Shown here: in pieces, positions 40,569 to 49,450 of the stretch
Numbering within the stretch: the stretch's first letter is position 1
How the letters are laid out: every line of letters starts with the position of its first letter
Assembly: GCA_948434005.1 (NCBI GenBank)
Contig: CAOJEH010000001.1
Location: forward strand, 155,880-219,879
From: an uncultured Mycoplasmatota bacterium
GTDB taxonomy: Bacteria > Bacillota_I > Bacilli_A > RF39 > UBA660
Length of the DNA: 64,000 nucleotides
Direction of reading: 5' to 3'
The notes under the pieces: generated by a model
Told to the model about the DNA's origin: nothing
Seen by the model: only the letters and a program-made list of their open reading frames with translations
Database searches by the model: none
Position numbers and translations under genes: made by a program

Positions 40569-41201
40569 ATGCGAATACGTAATGTTAAGAATAAAGAAGA
40601 AATATTAAATAATTCTAAGTTTTTAGTACATAATTATAAAAACAATTGTGGTAATTGGAATAAAATATTTAAAAATAATAATCCAATATATATAGAAATA
40701 GGTATGGGTAAAGGTAAGTTTATAATAGAAAATGCTAAGAAATATAAAAATATTAATTTTATTGGTATTGAAAGATTTGACTCTATTTTAGCAAAAGCAC
40801 TTCCTAAAATAGATGAAGATATTAATAATTTATTAATTATTAGAATGAATGCTTTAGAAATAGATGAAGTCTTTAATAAAGAAATAGATAGAATATATTT
40901 AAATTTTTCTGACCCTTGGCCTAAAGTAAGACACCATAATAGAAGATTAACTAGTGAAATATTTTTAAATAAGTATGATAAAATATTTAAAAGTAAAAAT
41001 GAAATATATTTAAGAACAGATAATACTGATTTATATAGATACTCTATAGAAACATTAAGTAATCATAAATATAGTTTATGTGAAGTTACATTTGATCTAC
41101 ATAAAGATAAAGAAGATTTAATAACTACAGAGTATGAAGATAAATTTTCTAAAAAAAATATGCCTATATATGCTTTAACTGCTATAAAGGAAGATGTCTA
41201 A
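40569..41201 (+). CDS. trmB: tRNA (guanine46-N7)-methyltransferase
   Basis: IEIGMGKG SAM motif, FSDPWPK and RHHNRR motifs. 210 aa. Confidence 0.85.
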   Translation: MRIRNVKNKEEILNNSKFLVHNYKNNCGNWNKIFKNNNPIYIEIGMGKGKFIIENAKKYKNINFIGIERFDSILAKALPKIDEDINNLLIIRMNALEIDEVFNKEIDRIYLNFSDPWPKVRHHNRRLTSEIFLNKYDKIFKSKNEIYLRTDNTDLYRYSIETLSNHKYSLCEVTFDLHKDKEDLITTEYEDKFSKKNMPIYALTAIKEDV

Positions 41202-41276
41202 TATAGTAAAGAATTTATTAAAATATTTTTATTTTATAAAATATTTGCTATAATATAAGATAAGAGTAGGTGAAAT

Positions 41277-41933
41277 ATGAAAAAAGTAATTGTTTTACTC
41301 TCTTTATTGTCTTTATTTTTAATAACAGGATGTACTAATTTAAACACTCTAAGTATAGATAAGATAATAGAAACAGTAATTAAAAAAGATAATAAATTAA
41401 AGAATGTAAACTTCGAAGGATATAGTTACTATGTACCTAAAGGTTTAAAATTTCTAAATAAAAAGGAGTATAATGCATATCTAAGTGACTTTAATAACAA
41501 TCATTATTATATTTATGTAGATGTTGTAAGTAAACATAGTAAAATTAAACATAAATATAAAGTTAATAAAGATGCATACTATTCAAAAGCAATAAAAAAT
41601 AAAAATAAGTTTGGTTATTTAGAAATAAATGAATATAAAGATAATTACTTTATAGAAGCAATGTATAACTATATGAAAGTAGAAGCTTATGTTAATAAAG
41701 ATAACTTAAATGATGCTTTAACTAATATAGGTATGATGCTATCATCTGTAAAATATAATAATAAGATTTTAGATACAATAGTAGGAGAAAATATTTTAAA
41801 TTATAAAGAAGAAAGTTATAGTATCTTTGAGACAAAAAAGAATAATGGAGATTTCTTAGATTATGTAAAAGAATATGATTCTGAAGAGACTACCAAAGAT
41901 GAAGATAGTATAGAAATAGAAGAGGAAGAATAG
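41277..41933 (+). CDS. Lipoprotein, function unknown
   Basis: Signal peptide with lipobox FLITGC. Asp/Glu-rich C-terminus. Confidence 0.5.
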   Translation: MKKVIVLLSLLSLFLITGCTNLNTLSIDKIIETVIKKDNKLKNVNFEGYSYYVPKGLKFLNKKEYNAYLSDFNNNHYYIYVDVVSKHSKIKHKYKVNKDAYYSKAIKNKNKFGYLEINEYKDNYFIEAMYNYMKVEAYVNKDNLNDALTNIGMMLSSVKYNNKILDTIVGENILNYKEESYSIFETKKNNGDFLDYVKEYDSEETTKDEDSIEIEEEE

Positions 41934-41942
41934 AGGTGTCTT

Positions 41943-43019
41943 ATGAAACTAATAGATAAATTAAAAAATGCACTTTTTGAAGAAGAATATGTAGAAGTCG
42001 AAGACAAACCAAAAAGAAAAGAAATAAAAAAAGAAAAGAAAGTAAAAGAACCACGTATAAAAGAAAAACCAGTTAAAGAGAAAAAAGAAGAGGTACTTGA
42101 AGAAAAACCTATTGCTAAAAAAATAGTGCAAGAAGAAAAAGAACCAAAGAAAGATGAATCTGTACCAAATGAAGATGAACATTTAGGAGAATCTTTAGCA
42201 TGTAAAAAGGAATTAGAAAATGATTTTAAGTTTCCAATGGTCAGTGATAATGAATTTAAAACAGATGATTATTTAGAAGAGGCTCCAAAGAAACCTAAAA
42301 AGTTTAAGAAATTTGCAGGACTAGAAAAACCACTATATCAAGGAAAAAAGAAATCAGATAATAAGCCTTATGGTTTAGATGAATTAGATTTACAAGAACA
42401 TGAATATGGAGCATACGAGAAAAAAGAAGAAAGAACTTATTTTAAACCATCACCAATAATTTCTCCAATTTATGGTATTTTAGATAAAAACTATACAAAA
42501 GATGATATAACACCTAAAAAAGAAATTAGATTAACAAGTAGTTATTCAAGAGAAAATATAAATGTTGATGATGTAAGACAAAAAGCATTCGGAACCTTAG
42601 AAAATGACATAAAAAAAGAAATAGAAGATATGGATAGCTTTGAAGATACTGAAGAGGAAGAAGATAGCCTATTAGATTTAAGTTCAGATAATAAAACTCC
42701 TGAAGTTAATAAAGTAACTATGGGAGATGCTGAAGAATATTTTGAAGACCTTGGGTTAGAATATAATGTAGATTATACAGATACATCTAGAGAAAAAGCT
42801 AGCGGTAGAAGAACTAAAGAAGACTATGATAAGGAAGAAGAAGTAACAGATACAGAAGATAATTATGATATTGAAGAAGAAGAATACGATGTAGAAAACC
42901 AAGAAGAAGTAGAAGAAAAAAGTGAAGTAAAAATATCTGATAGTAACGATAACGAAGAAAAAGAAGACGATGATGATAATTTATTTGATTTAATTGATTC
43001 AATGTATGATAAAGAATAA
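41943..43019 (+). CDS. Highly charged Lys/Glu/Asp-rich low-complexity protein
   Basis: 358 aa with KEEKK repeats and a central conserved-looking peptide (FKPSPIISPIYGIL). RBS agaggtg. Confidence 0.45.
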   Translation: MKLIDKLKNALFEEEYVEVEDKPKRKEIKKEKKVKEPRIKEKPVKEKKEEVLEEKPIAKKIVQEEKEPKKDESVPNEDEHLGESLACKKELENDFKFPMVSDNEFKTDDYLEEAPKKPKKFKKFAGLEKPLYQGKKKSDNKPYGLDELDLQEHEYGAYEKKEERTYFKPSPIISPIYGILDKNYTKDDITPKKEIRLTSSYSRENINVDDVRQKAFGTLENDIKKEIEDMDSFEDTEEEEDSLLDLSSDNKTPEVNKVTMGDAEEYFEDLGLEYNVDYTDTSREKASGRRTKEDYDKEEEVTDTEDNYDIEEEEYDVENQEEVEEKSEVKISDSNDNEEKEDDDDNLFDLIDSMYDKE

Positions 43020-43033
43020 AAAGGAGAGTAACT

Positions 43034-43321
43034 ATGGAAGAAATGAGTCTTATATTAGGTATAATAACATATATTTTTACTATAATATTATTAGTAGTTG
43101 CAATAATAATTGGAATAAGAATAATTGGTTTAACTGAAAAAGCTGATAAAGTATTAGACGATATACAAGAAAAGGTTAATTCACTAAATGGAATGTTTAG
43201 TGTTGTTAATAAGGTTTCATCAAGTATGGAATTAATTAGTAGTAAAATTGCCAATGCAATTGTTAGTTTGTTTGGTAAAGTACTAAAAAAGAAAAAGGAG
43301 GATACTGAAGAAGATGAGTAA
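43034..43321 (+). CDS. DUF948/YtxG-like small membrane protein
   Basis: N-terminal TM followed by a coiled coil. Synteny with ytxH. Confidence 0.5.
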   Translation: MEEMSLILGIITYIFTIILLVVAIIIGIRIIGLTEKADKVLDDIQEKVNSLNGMFSVVNKVSSSMELISSKIANAIVSLFGKVLKKKKEDTEEDE

Positions 43322-43721
43322 AAAAGGAACAGGGAAATTTGTTTTAGGTGCTGCTTTAGGTGCTGGATTAGGACTTTTATTTGCACCTAAGAAAGGTAAA
43401 GAGTTAAGAGCAGATTTAAAAGAAAAAATTGATGAAGTAATTGAAAATATTAAATCTTTAGATAAAGATGAAGTAAAAAAAGAATTTGATAAAAAAGTAA
43501 AAGATATCAAAAAAGAGTTAAAAGATCTTGATAAAGAAAAAGTATTAAAGATAGCGAAGAAAAAAGGAGAAGATATCAAAGCTAAAACAGAAGAATTAGT
43601 AGAATTAGCTAAAGAAAAAGGAACTCCTGTATTAAAAAAAGCTGCTGAAGGATTAAGAGATAAAGCAGTAGAAGTAACTAAAGATGTAACAAAAAAATTA
43701 GAGTCTATTGATATAAAGTAA
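43314..43721 (+). CDS. ytxH: YtxH-like general stress protein
   Basis: MSKKGTGKFVLGAALGAGLGLLFAPKKGKELRADLKEKI matches the YtxH N-terminal glycine-zipper / KSGKE motif. Lys/Glu-rich coiled coil follows. Confidence 0.65.
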   Translation: MSKKGTGKFVLGAALGAGLGLLFAPKKGKELRADLKEKIDEVIENIKSLDKDEVKKEFDKKVKDIKKELKDLDKEKVLKIAKKKGEDIKAKTEELVELAKEKGTPVLKKAAEGLRDKAVEVTKDVTKKLESIDIK

Positions 43722-43722
43722 C

Positions 43723-43751
43723 TTGAGCAATAAGCTCTTTTTTTGTATAAT
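43723..43751 (+). promoter_or_regulatory. Putative sigma-A promoter of the downstream four-gene operon
   Basis: TTGAGC at 43723-43728, a 17-nt spacer, TATAAT at 43746-43751. RBS agaggt before the ATG at 43771. Confidence 0.4.
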
Positions 43752-43770
43752 GAAACTAGAGGTATATATT

Positions 43771-44337
43771 ATGTATGAAAATATTAAAAGTCCAGAAGAA
43801 TTATTAAAGTTTATGAGTAATCATATTAATTATGGTTTTGTAGATGAAGATAAAAAGATATATGATTGTAATAATATGGATGAATTTGAAGAAGGTTGTA
43901 AAACTAAATGGAAATTATCGAGTCCAAAAAGATTAATAGATGTAGGATACGGGCATTGTTTTGACCAAGTAGAACTAGAAAGAGATTGGTTTTTAAATAA
44001 TGGATATAGTATAAAAACATTTTATATCTGGTTTGAACTTCCATATGATAATGAGTATACTACTCATACATATTTAGTATATAAGGATAAAGAAAAATAC
44101 TATTATTTTGAACACTCAGATTCATCTAACAGAGGAATTTATGAGTTTAATAGTTATGAAGAAGCGGTAAGATATAAAAAAAATAAACATATTGAATATA
44201 ATAAAAGATTTAATGTAGTAGGAGAAAAAGAACTAAAAAGTATTACTATTTATGAATATGAACAACCAAAATATGGTTTGAATTTTAATGAATTTATAGA
44301 AAATATATTATATAATGGAAAAATTATAGAAGTGTAG
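43771..44337 (+). CDS. Hypothetical protein with transglutaminase-like / papain-fold Cys...His...Asp arrangement
   Basis: GYGHCFDQVELERDWFLNNGY (Cys segment resembling TGase-like G.C..fA...R..GIPAR), then THTYLVY and FEHSD. Start at 43771 (MYENIKS) rather than the track start at 43723. Confidence 0.35.
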   Translation: MYENIKSPEELLKFMSNHINYGFVDEDKKIYDCNNMDEFEEGCKTKWKLSSPKRLIDVGYGHCFDQVELERDWFLNNGYSIKTFYIWFELPYDNEYTTHTYLVYKDKEKYYYFEHSDSSNRGIYEFNSYEEAVRYKKNKHIEYNKRFNVVGEKELKSITIYEYEQPKYGLNFNEFIENILYNGKIIEV

Positions 44338-44347
44338 AGGAATTAAT

Positions 44348-45784
44348 ATGAGAATAGGATTGGATATCGATAATGTAATTGCTAATTTTGATAAAACTGT
44401 ACTAGAAGAATTCAAAAAAGAAGATAAAAACAAAAGAAATAGTGGAATCATAAATCCAAAAGGAAGACACGTTGAGTATATGTTTGATTGGACTAAGGAA
44501 GAAGCTCAAGAGTTTTTTTATAAGAATATGGAAAGACTTGAAGAAATATTAGAACCTAGAGAAGATGCTAAATTATATATGGAAAAATTAATAGCGGATG
44601 GACATGAATTATTTTTAATATCACATCGAGTATATCCACATTATAAAAATCCAAAAGAAGTAACTTTGAAATGGTTAGAAAAATATAAAATACCATATAC
44701 AAAATTAATCTTATCAAAAGATACAGATAAAAGTTTAGAGTGTATTGAAAATAAAATCGATATCTTATTTGATGATTCTATTAATAATTGCAAAGCAGTT
44801 TTAAAAAATGGCATTTCTTCATGCATCATGGGAACAGTTCAAAATAAAAACTGTAAATCCGATTTTGAAAGAGTAGAAAATTGGGAAGAATTATATGAAA
44901 AAGTATGTGATTTAGCTGTAAAAAAGATGCCTAAATCACATATTATCCTAGATACAGATATAGATAATGAAGTAGATGACTGCTTTGCTCTAGATTATAT
45001 ATTAAATTCAAATGATAGATTGATATTAGATGCTGTAACTATCGCCCCATTTTATCATGAAAATGATATTTCTATAGAAGAAGGAATAGAAAACAGTGAA
45101 AATATTTGTAAAAGAATTTTTATGTTTAATAATATTGATAGTAAAAATATGATATATAAAGGTTCAACAGATTATTTTAAAAATGGTTATAGAAAAGAAA
45201 CCCCTGCAATTAAACGTATGGTAGAAGTAATTAATAAAAATGATTTAACTTATATCCTTTCGATAGGTGCAATAACGAATACAGCAGTATTACTATACTT
45301 ACATCCTGAATTAAAAAATAAGATTAAAGTTGTTTGGTTAGGTGGACATAGTATTATGAGCCTAGATAATAGTGAATATAATTTTAAACAGGATGTGGAA
45401 GCAGTAAAATATGTATATAATTCTAATGTTGATTTAACAGTAATTCCATGTCAAGGAGTAGCCTCAAATTTAACAACTTCAATAGAAGAATTATCTAGTT
45501 ATTTAGATTTAAACAGTAAAACAGGAAAATATTTATATAAAAGATTTTATAATGATGGAAAACATGGAATAACTAAAAGAAGAGTTATTTGGGATATTAG
45601 TGTTATTGCTTATATGATTAATCCTTATTGGTTTGATTTTAGAATAATGAATATCCCAAAAATAAATGATGATTTATCCTATGATTTTTCTAAAGAAACA
45701 AACCATCAAATAAAGTTTGCTGTAGGATTAAAACAAAATAAAATATTTTATGACTTGTTTGAAAAAGTAAATAAGAAACTATAG
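44348..45784 (+). CDS. Fusion protein: N-terminal HAD/NT5C-type 5'(3')-(deoxy)nucleotidase + C-terminal inosine-uridine-preferring nucleoside hydrolase
   Basis: N-terminus: GLDIDNVIANFD (HAD motif I DxD) and ILFDDS (motif IV). C-terminus from about aa 195: ILDTDIDNEVDDCFAL (IUNH aspartate cluster). 478 aa. Confidence 0.65.
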   Translation: MRIGLDIDNVIANFDKTVLEEFKKEDKNKRNSGIINPKGRHVEYMFDWTKEEAQEFFYKNMERLEEILEPREDAKLYMEKLIADGHELFLISHRVYPHYKNPKEVTLKWLEKYKIPYTKLILSKDTDKSLECIENKIDILFDDSINNCKAVLKNGISSCIMGTVQNKNCKSDFERVENWEELYEKVCDLAVKKMPKSHIILDTDIDNEVDDCFALDYILNSNDRLILDAVTIAPFYHENDISIEEGIENSENICKRIFMFNNIDSKNMIYKGSTDYFKNGYRKETPAIKRMVEVINKNDLTYILSIGAITNTAVLLYLHPELKNKIKVVWLGGHSIMSLDNSEYNFKQDVEAVKYVYNSNVDLTVIPCQGVASNLTTSIEELSSYLDLNSKTGKYLYKRFYNDGKHGITKRRVIWDISVIAYMINPYWFDFRIMNIPKINDDLSYDFSKETNHQIKFAVGLKQNKIFYDLFEKVNKKL

Positions 45785-45797
45785 TATAGGAGTAAAT

Positions 45798-46325
45798 ATG
45801 AAGTTATATGTAATTAGACATGGACAAACTGAAAAAAATAGAAATCATATAATCGCAGATATAGAAGAAGATATAAATGAAACAGGTATTAAACAAGCTA
45901 TAATAACTGGTAAAGAATTAAAGAAGAAGGATATAGATTTAATTATATGTTCACCTTCTAAAAGAACAAAACATACATTAAAATTACTTAATTTAGATTC
46001 TGATATAGAAGTTAAATATGATGATAGATTAATAGAAAGAGATATGGGTATTTATGAAAATAGTAAATTTGATGATTTAGATTGGAATCTATTTTGGAAT
46101 TATTATGATATAAAGTATAAAAATTTAGAATCTATGAAGAGTGTATATGATAGAATTTCAAATCTATTAGATGAGTTAAAAGAAAAATATCAAAACAAAA
46201 ATATATTATTAATAACTCATGGAGGATGTTTTAGAGCAATTTATTGGTACCTTAAAGGTATTCCAACTAATGGCAATGTTCCACATGATTTAGGTAACTG
46301 TGAGATATGGGAAGAAAGTTTATAG
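45798..46325 (+). CDS. Short histidine phosphatase (phosphoglycerate-mutase superfamily), paralog A
   Basis: YVIRHGQT (catalytic RHG) and LITHGG second His. 175 aa. Confidence 0.7.
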   Translation: MKLYVIRHGQTEKNRNHIIADIEEDINETGIKQAIITGKELKKKDIDLIICSPSKRTKHTLKLLNLDSDIEVKYDDRLIERDMGIYENSKFDDLDWNLFWNYYDIKYKNLESMKSVYDRISNLLDELKEKYQNKNILLITHGGCFRAIYWYLKGIPTNGNVPHDLGNCEIWEESL

Positions 46326-46334
46326 AGGTGTAAT

Positions 46335-46868
46335 ATGAAATTATATGTAATTAGACATGGATATACTGATACTAATAAATTAGATATTTATAATGGTAAA
46401 TTAGATGAAGATATTAATGAAGTAGGAATAAAACAAGCAGAAGAAGCATCAAAAATAGTAAAAGATTTAAAACTAGATTTAATTATTTGCTCTCCTCTTT
46501 TAAGAACAAGACATACTTGTCGAATAGTAAATAAAAATAATATTCCTGTAATATATGATGAGAGAATAGAAGAAAGAGATTGTGGAAGTCTAACTAATAC
46601 TAAAATGAATGAATTCTATTATACTGAATATTGGAATTACTACTCTAAAGTAGAGGTAGAAGGATTAGAAACAGTCCCACACCTATTTGACAGAGTTCAT
46701 AAGTTTCTAGATGAAATAAAAGAAAAATATAAGAATAAAAATATATTATTAGTAACCCATGGTGGAGTAGCAAGAGCAATACACTTCTACTTTAATGATT
46801 TACCAACAGATGGACAAGTAGAAAAATATCTACCTGATAATTGTGAAATAAGAGAGTATAACAATTAA
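46335..46868 (+). CDS. Short histidine phosphatase (PGM superfamily), paralog B
   Basis: YVIRHGYT and LVTHGG. 177 aa. Tandem with paralog A, 9-nt gap. Confidence 0.7.
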   Translation: MKLYVIRHGYTDTNKLDIYNGKLDEDINEVGIKQAEEASKIVKDLKLDLIICSPLLRTRHTCRIVNKNNIPVIYDERIEERDCGSLTNTKMNEFYYTEYWNYYSKVEVEGLETVPHLFDRVHKFLDEIKEKYKNKNILLVTHGGVARAIHFYFNDLPTDGQVEKYLPDNCEIREYNN

Positions 46869-46897
46869 TTGTAAAAATTTAGTGTGTGTGTTATAAT
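46869..46897 (+). promoter_or_regulatory. Near-consensus sigma-A promoter with extended -10 (TTGTAA-N17-TGtTATAAT)
   Basis: TTGTAA at 46869-46874, 17-nt spacer, TG at 46889-46890, TATAAT at 46892-46897. Starts immediately after the stop of the upstream gene. Confidence 0.55.
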
Positions 46898-46931
46898 AGA
46901 CAAAAAATTTTGAAAGGAATAGAGTGTTTTT

Positions 46932-47375
46932 ATGGGTTCGAATAATAAGTTAAAAGAATTATGTCTATATGCTATAGTTCCATTCATATATATAGTTGGA
47001 AGTCCATTAGTAATAGCCGGTATAGGTAGCGCAGTAGCGTATGAATTGCATGAAAAAAAAGAAGAAGTAAGTATTGAAGATACGAATACAGATAATATAT
47101 ATACTAATTCAGATGGAGAATTGTGCTGTAAATTTGATGTGGGAGAACATAGAATTATTATTTCTAGTGATGATAAATTTTATCACAAGATGGAGGCAGT
47201 AGAAGGTTACGAAATACAAAATGTTGAGATTAATGATTCAAAAAATAATAATAGAGTTACTTATATAAATAAAAAGCCTGTAGTAGCAAAAGCAACTGGA
47301 GTAAATAAAGATGGAAAAGTAGAATTTGCTAATTTTGGTGAAGTAGTAAAAAATAAAGTGAAATCCATAAAATAA
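46932..47375 (+). CDS. Hypothetical membrane-anchored protein
   Basis: 147 aa with N-terminal TM (LYAIVPFIYIVGSPLVIAGIG). RBS aaaggaa. Confidence 0.4.
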   Translation: MGSNNKLKELCLYAIVPFIYIVGSPLVIAGIGSAVAYELHEKKEEVSIEDTNTDNIYTNSDGELCCKFDVGEHRIIISSDDKFYHKMEAVEGYEIQNVEINDSKNNNRVTYINKKPVVAKATGVNKDGKVEFANFGEVVKNKVKSIK

Positions 47376-47454
47376 TACTCTTTTCATTTTAGTAATATTA
47401 TGATATATTTATAATATAATTTTCAGTGATTAATTATAAGTAGTATTTTTAAAT

Positions 47455-47625
47455 ACTTTTAGAGACTTAGTGGTTGGTGCAAACTAAGATACTTAAAAAT
47501 ATGAAATACAGATTATGAGAAAAATCGTTTATCGCGTTAAGATATTAGAGGTAGCATAAGCTATAAATTAAGGTGGTACCACGAACTATTCGTCCTTATG
47601 ATAGGGATGAATAGTTTTTATTTTA
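47455..47625 (+). promoter_or_regulatory. T-box riboswitch leader of the CYTH-tyrS operon
   Basis: AGAGAC near 47463, F-box-like CGTTA near 47534, T-box AATTAAGGTGGTACCACG at 47566-47583, and a terminator (12-bp stem aactattcgtcc/gggatgaatagtt + T-run) at 47583-47625. Confidence 0.75.
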
Positions 47626-47636
47626 GGAGGGATTTT

Positions 47637-48182
47637 ATGCATACAGAATATGAAGTAAGAGTACTAGAAATTAATGAAGAAGAAATGAAAAAGAAATTAG
47701 AAGAAATAAATGCTAAGTTTGAATGGGAACATATCCAAAAACGTTATGTTTATGATTTTATTCCAAAAGAAGATAAAAAATGGATAAGATTAAGAACTAA
47801 TGGTGATAAGACAACGTTAACAATAAAAAATATTACTACATCAAGAATAGATGGAACTCAGGAATTAGAAGTTGAAGTAGATAACTTTGAAAGAACAAAT
47901 TTAATTTTGAAAGAGTTAGGATATATTCCAAAGGGATATCAAGAGAATAAAAGAAGACAATATACTCTAAATGGAGTAGAAATTGATATTGACTCTTGGC
48001 CTAATATTCCTACTTATCTAGAAATAGAAGGACCTAGTGAAGAAGCTGTTTATTATACATTAGATTTATTAGGAATTGAAAAAGAAAAGACTACTACAAA
48101 AGATGTAGATCGAATATATTTAGATTATGGATATAACTTATCAGAGATTAAAGACCTTAAATTAGAGGAGGATAGAAAATGA
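47637..48182 (+). CDS. CYTH-domain protein (CyaB/thiamine-triphosphatase-like triphosphate tunnel metalloenzyme)
   Basis: N-terminal EYEVR (ExExK-type), IRLRTNG...TLTIK, ELEVEVDNFE...LGY, and KRRQYTLNGVEIDIDSW...YLEIEG. ATG at 47637 with RBS taggaggg. Stop overlaps the tyrS start by 4 nt. Confidence 0.55.
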   Translation: MHTEYEVRVLEINEEEMKKKLEEINAKFEWEHIQKRYVYDFIPKEDKKWIRLRTNGDKTTLTIKNITTSRIDGTQELEVEVDNFERTNLILKELGYIPKGYQENKRRQYTLNGVEIDIDSWPNIPTYLEIEGPSEEAVYYTLDLLGIEKEKTTTKDVDRIYLDYGYNLSEIKDLKLEEDRK

Positions 48183-49411
48183 AAATATATGAAGATTTAA
48201 AATGGAGAGGTTTAATTAAGGATACAGCAGGAGAAGATATTGCTGATAAATTAAATCAAGGTGGATTAACCTTTTATATTGGAGCCGATCCTTCAGCCGA
48301 TAGCTTACATATTGGACAACTTCCTACTTTCTTAGTAGCTGAAAGATTAAGAAGAGCAGGACATAAGCCAATTATTTTAGTAGGTGGCGCAACTGGTCGT
48401 GTTGGAGATCCTAGAGGTACTAAAGAAAGAGAAAAATCTGATGTAAAAGTTGTAGAGCACAATTTTGAAAAAATAAAACTACAAATGAAGAAATTATTTG
48501 GAGAAGATACTTTAGTAGTTAACAATTATGATTGGTTTAAAGAGTATAATTTTATTGATTTTTTAAGAGATGTTGGTAAATATGTAAATGTCTCATATAT
48601 GATTAATAAAGACTTAGTAAAAAGACAAATGGAGTCAGGGATTTCTTATGCAGAGTTTTCTTATATGTTAATACAAGGCTATGACTTTAAATATATTCAT
48701 GACCATTATGGAGCTACATTACAATTTGGTGGATCTGATCAATGGGGTAACTTAACTACAGGGATAGAATTAATTAGAAAGTTAAATGATGAAGTAGTAT
48801 ATGCTTTCTCTTGCCCACTAACTCTTGATGCAAGTGGAAAAAAGATTGGAAAGAGTGAAGGAAATGCTTTATGGTTAGATAAAGAGAAGACATCTAGCTA
48901 TGAATTATATCAATATTTAATTAACTTTGAAGATGTAATGATGGAAACATATTTAAAAGTATATACATTCTTATCAAAAGAAGAAATAGAAAATATTTTA
49001 AATGAACATAGTAAAGCTCCAGAAAAAAGATTAGCTCAAAAAACATTAGCAGAAGAAGTAATAACTTATTTACATGGAGAATCATCATATCATGAAGCAG
49101 TAGAAATAAGTGAAGCTTTATTTAGTGGAGATATAAAAAGATTAAACGGTAAAGAAATAGAAATGGCATTTAAAGGATTAACTCCAAAGACTATAGAAGA
49201 AGATATTAATATAGTTGATTTATTAGTTGAAAAAGAAATATGTAAAAGTAAAAGAGAAGCTCGTGAATTTATTTCTAATGGTTCAATCACAGTTAATGGA
49301 GATAAAGTAACAGATAATGGATTTAATATTACAAAAAGTGTAGCTATAGAACAAAAATATATAGTTATAAGACGTGGAAAAAAGAAATATTACATAGTAA
49401 CGTTTGAATAA
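48179..49411 (+). CDS. tyrS: Tyrosyl-tRNA synthetase
   Basis: HIG-type motif (SLHIGQL), KIGKS (KMSKS-type), and a C-terminal S4-like domain. 410 aa. Confidence 0.9.
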   Translation: MKIYEDLKWRGLIKDTAGEDIADKLNQGGLTFYIGADPSADSLHIGQLPTFLVAERLRRAGHKPIILVGGATGRVGDPRGTKEREKSDVKVVEHNFEKIKLQMKKLFGEDTLVVNNYDWFKEYNFIDFLRDVGKYVNVSYMINKDLVKRQMESGISYAEFSYMLIQGYDFKYIHDHYGATLQFGGSDQWGNLTTGIELIRKLNDEVVYAFSCPLTLDASGKKIGKSEGNALWLDKEKTSSYELYQYLINFEDVMMETYLKVYTFLSKEEIENILNEHSKAPEKRLAQKTLAEEVITYLHGESSYHEAVEISEALFSGDIKRLNGKEIEMAFKGLTPKTIEEDINIVDLLVEKEICKSKREAREFISNGSITVNGDKVTDNGFNITKSVAIEQKYIVIRRGKKKYYIVTFE

Positions 49412-49450
49412 TTATAAAAATAGATACAGTTTATTATAATAGGTGATAAT

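Noticed and set aside
41961-43579. Long minus-strand ORFs (41961..42182, 42814..43386, 43283..43579) and 24308..25013 minus ORFs
   Set aside because: They arise from GAA/AAA-rich low-complexity coding on the + strand (K/E-rich protein, ytxG/ytxH, Rpn tail) and translate to poly-F/L nonsense.
30824-47583. Repeated AATTAAGGTGGTACC(G/A)CG sequence at two sites, considered as a possible repeat family or CRISPR-like element
   Set aside because: These are the conserved T-box antiterminator sequences of two separate aaRS leaders. No array structure or spacer pattern is present.
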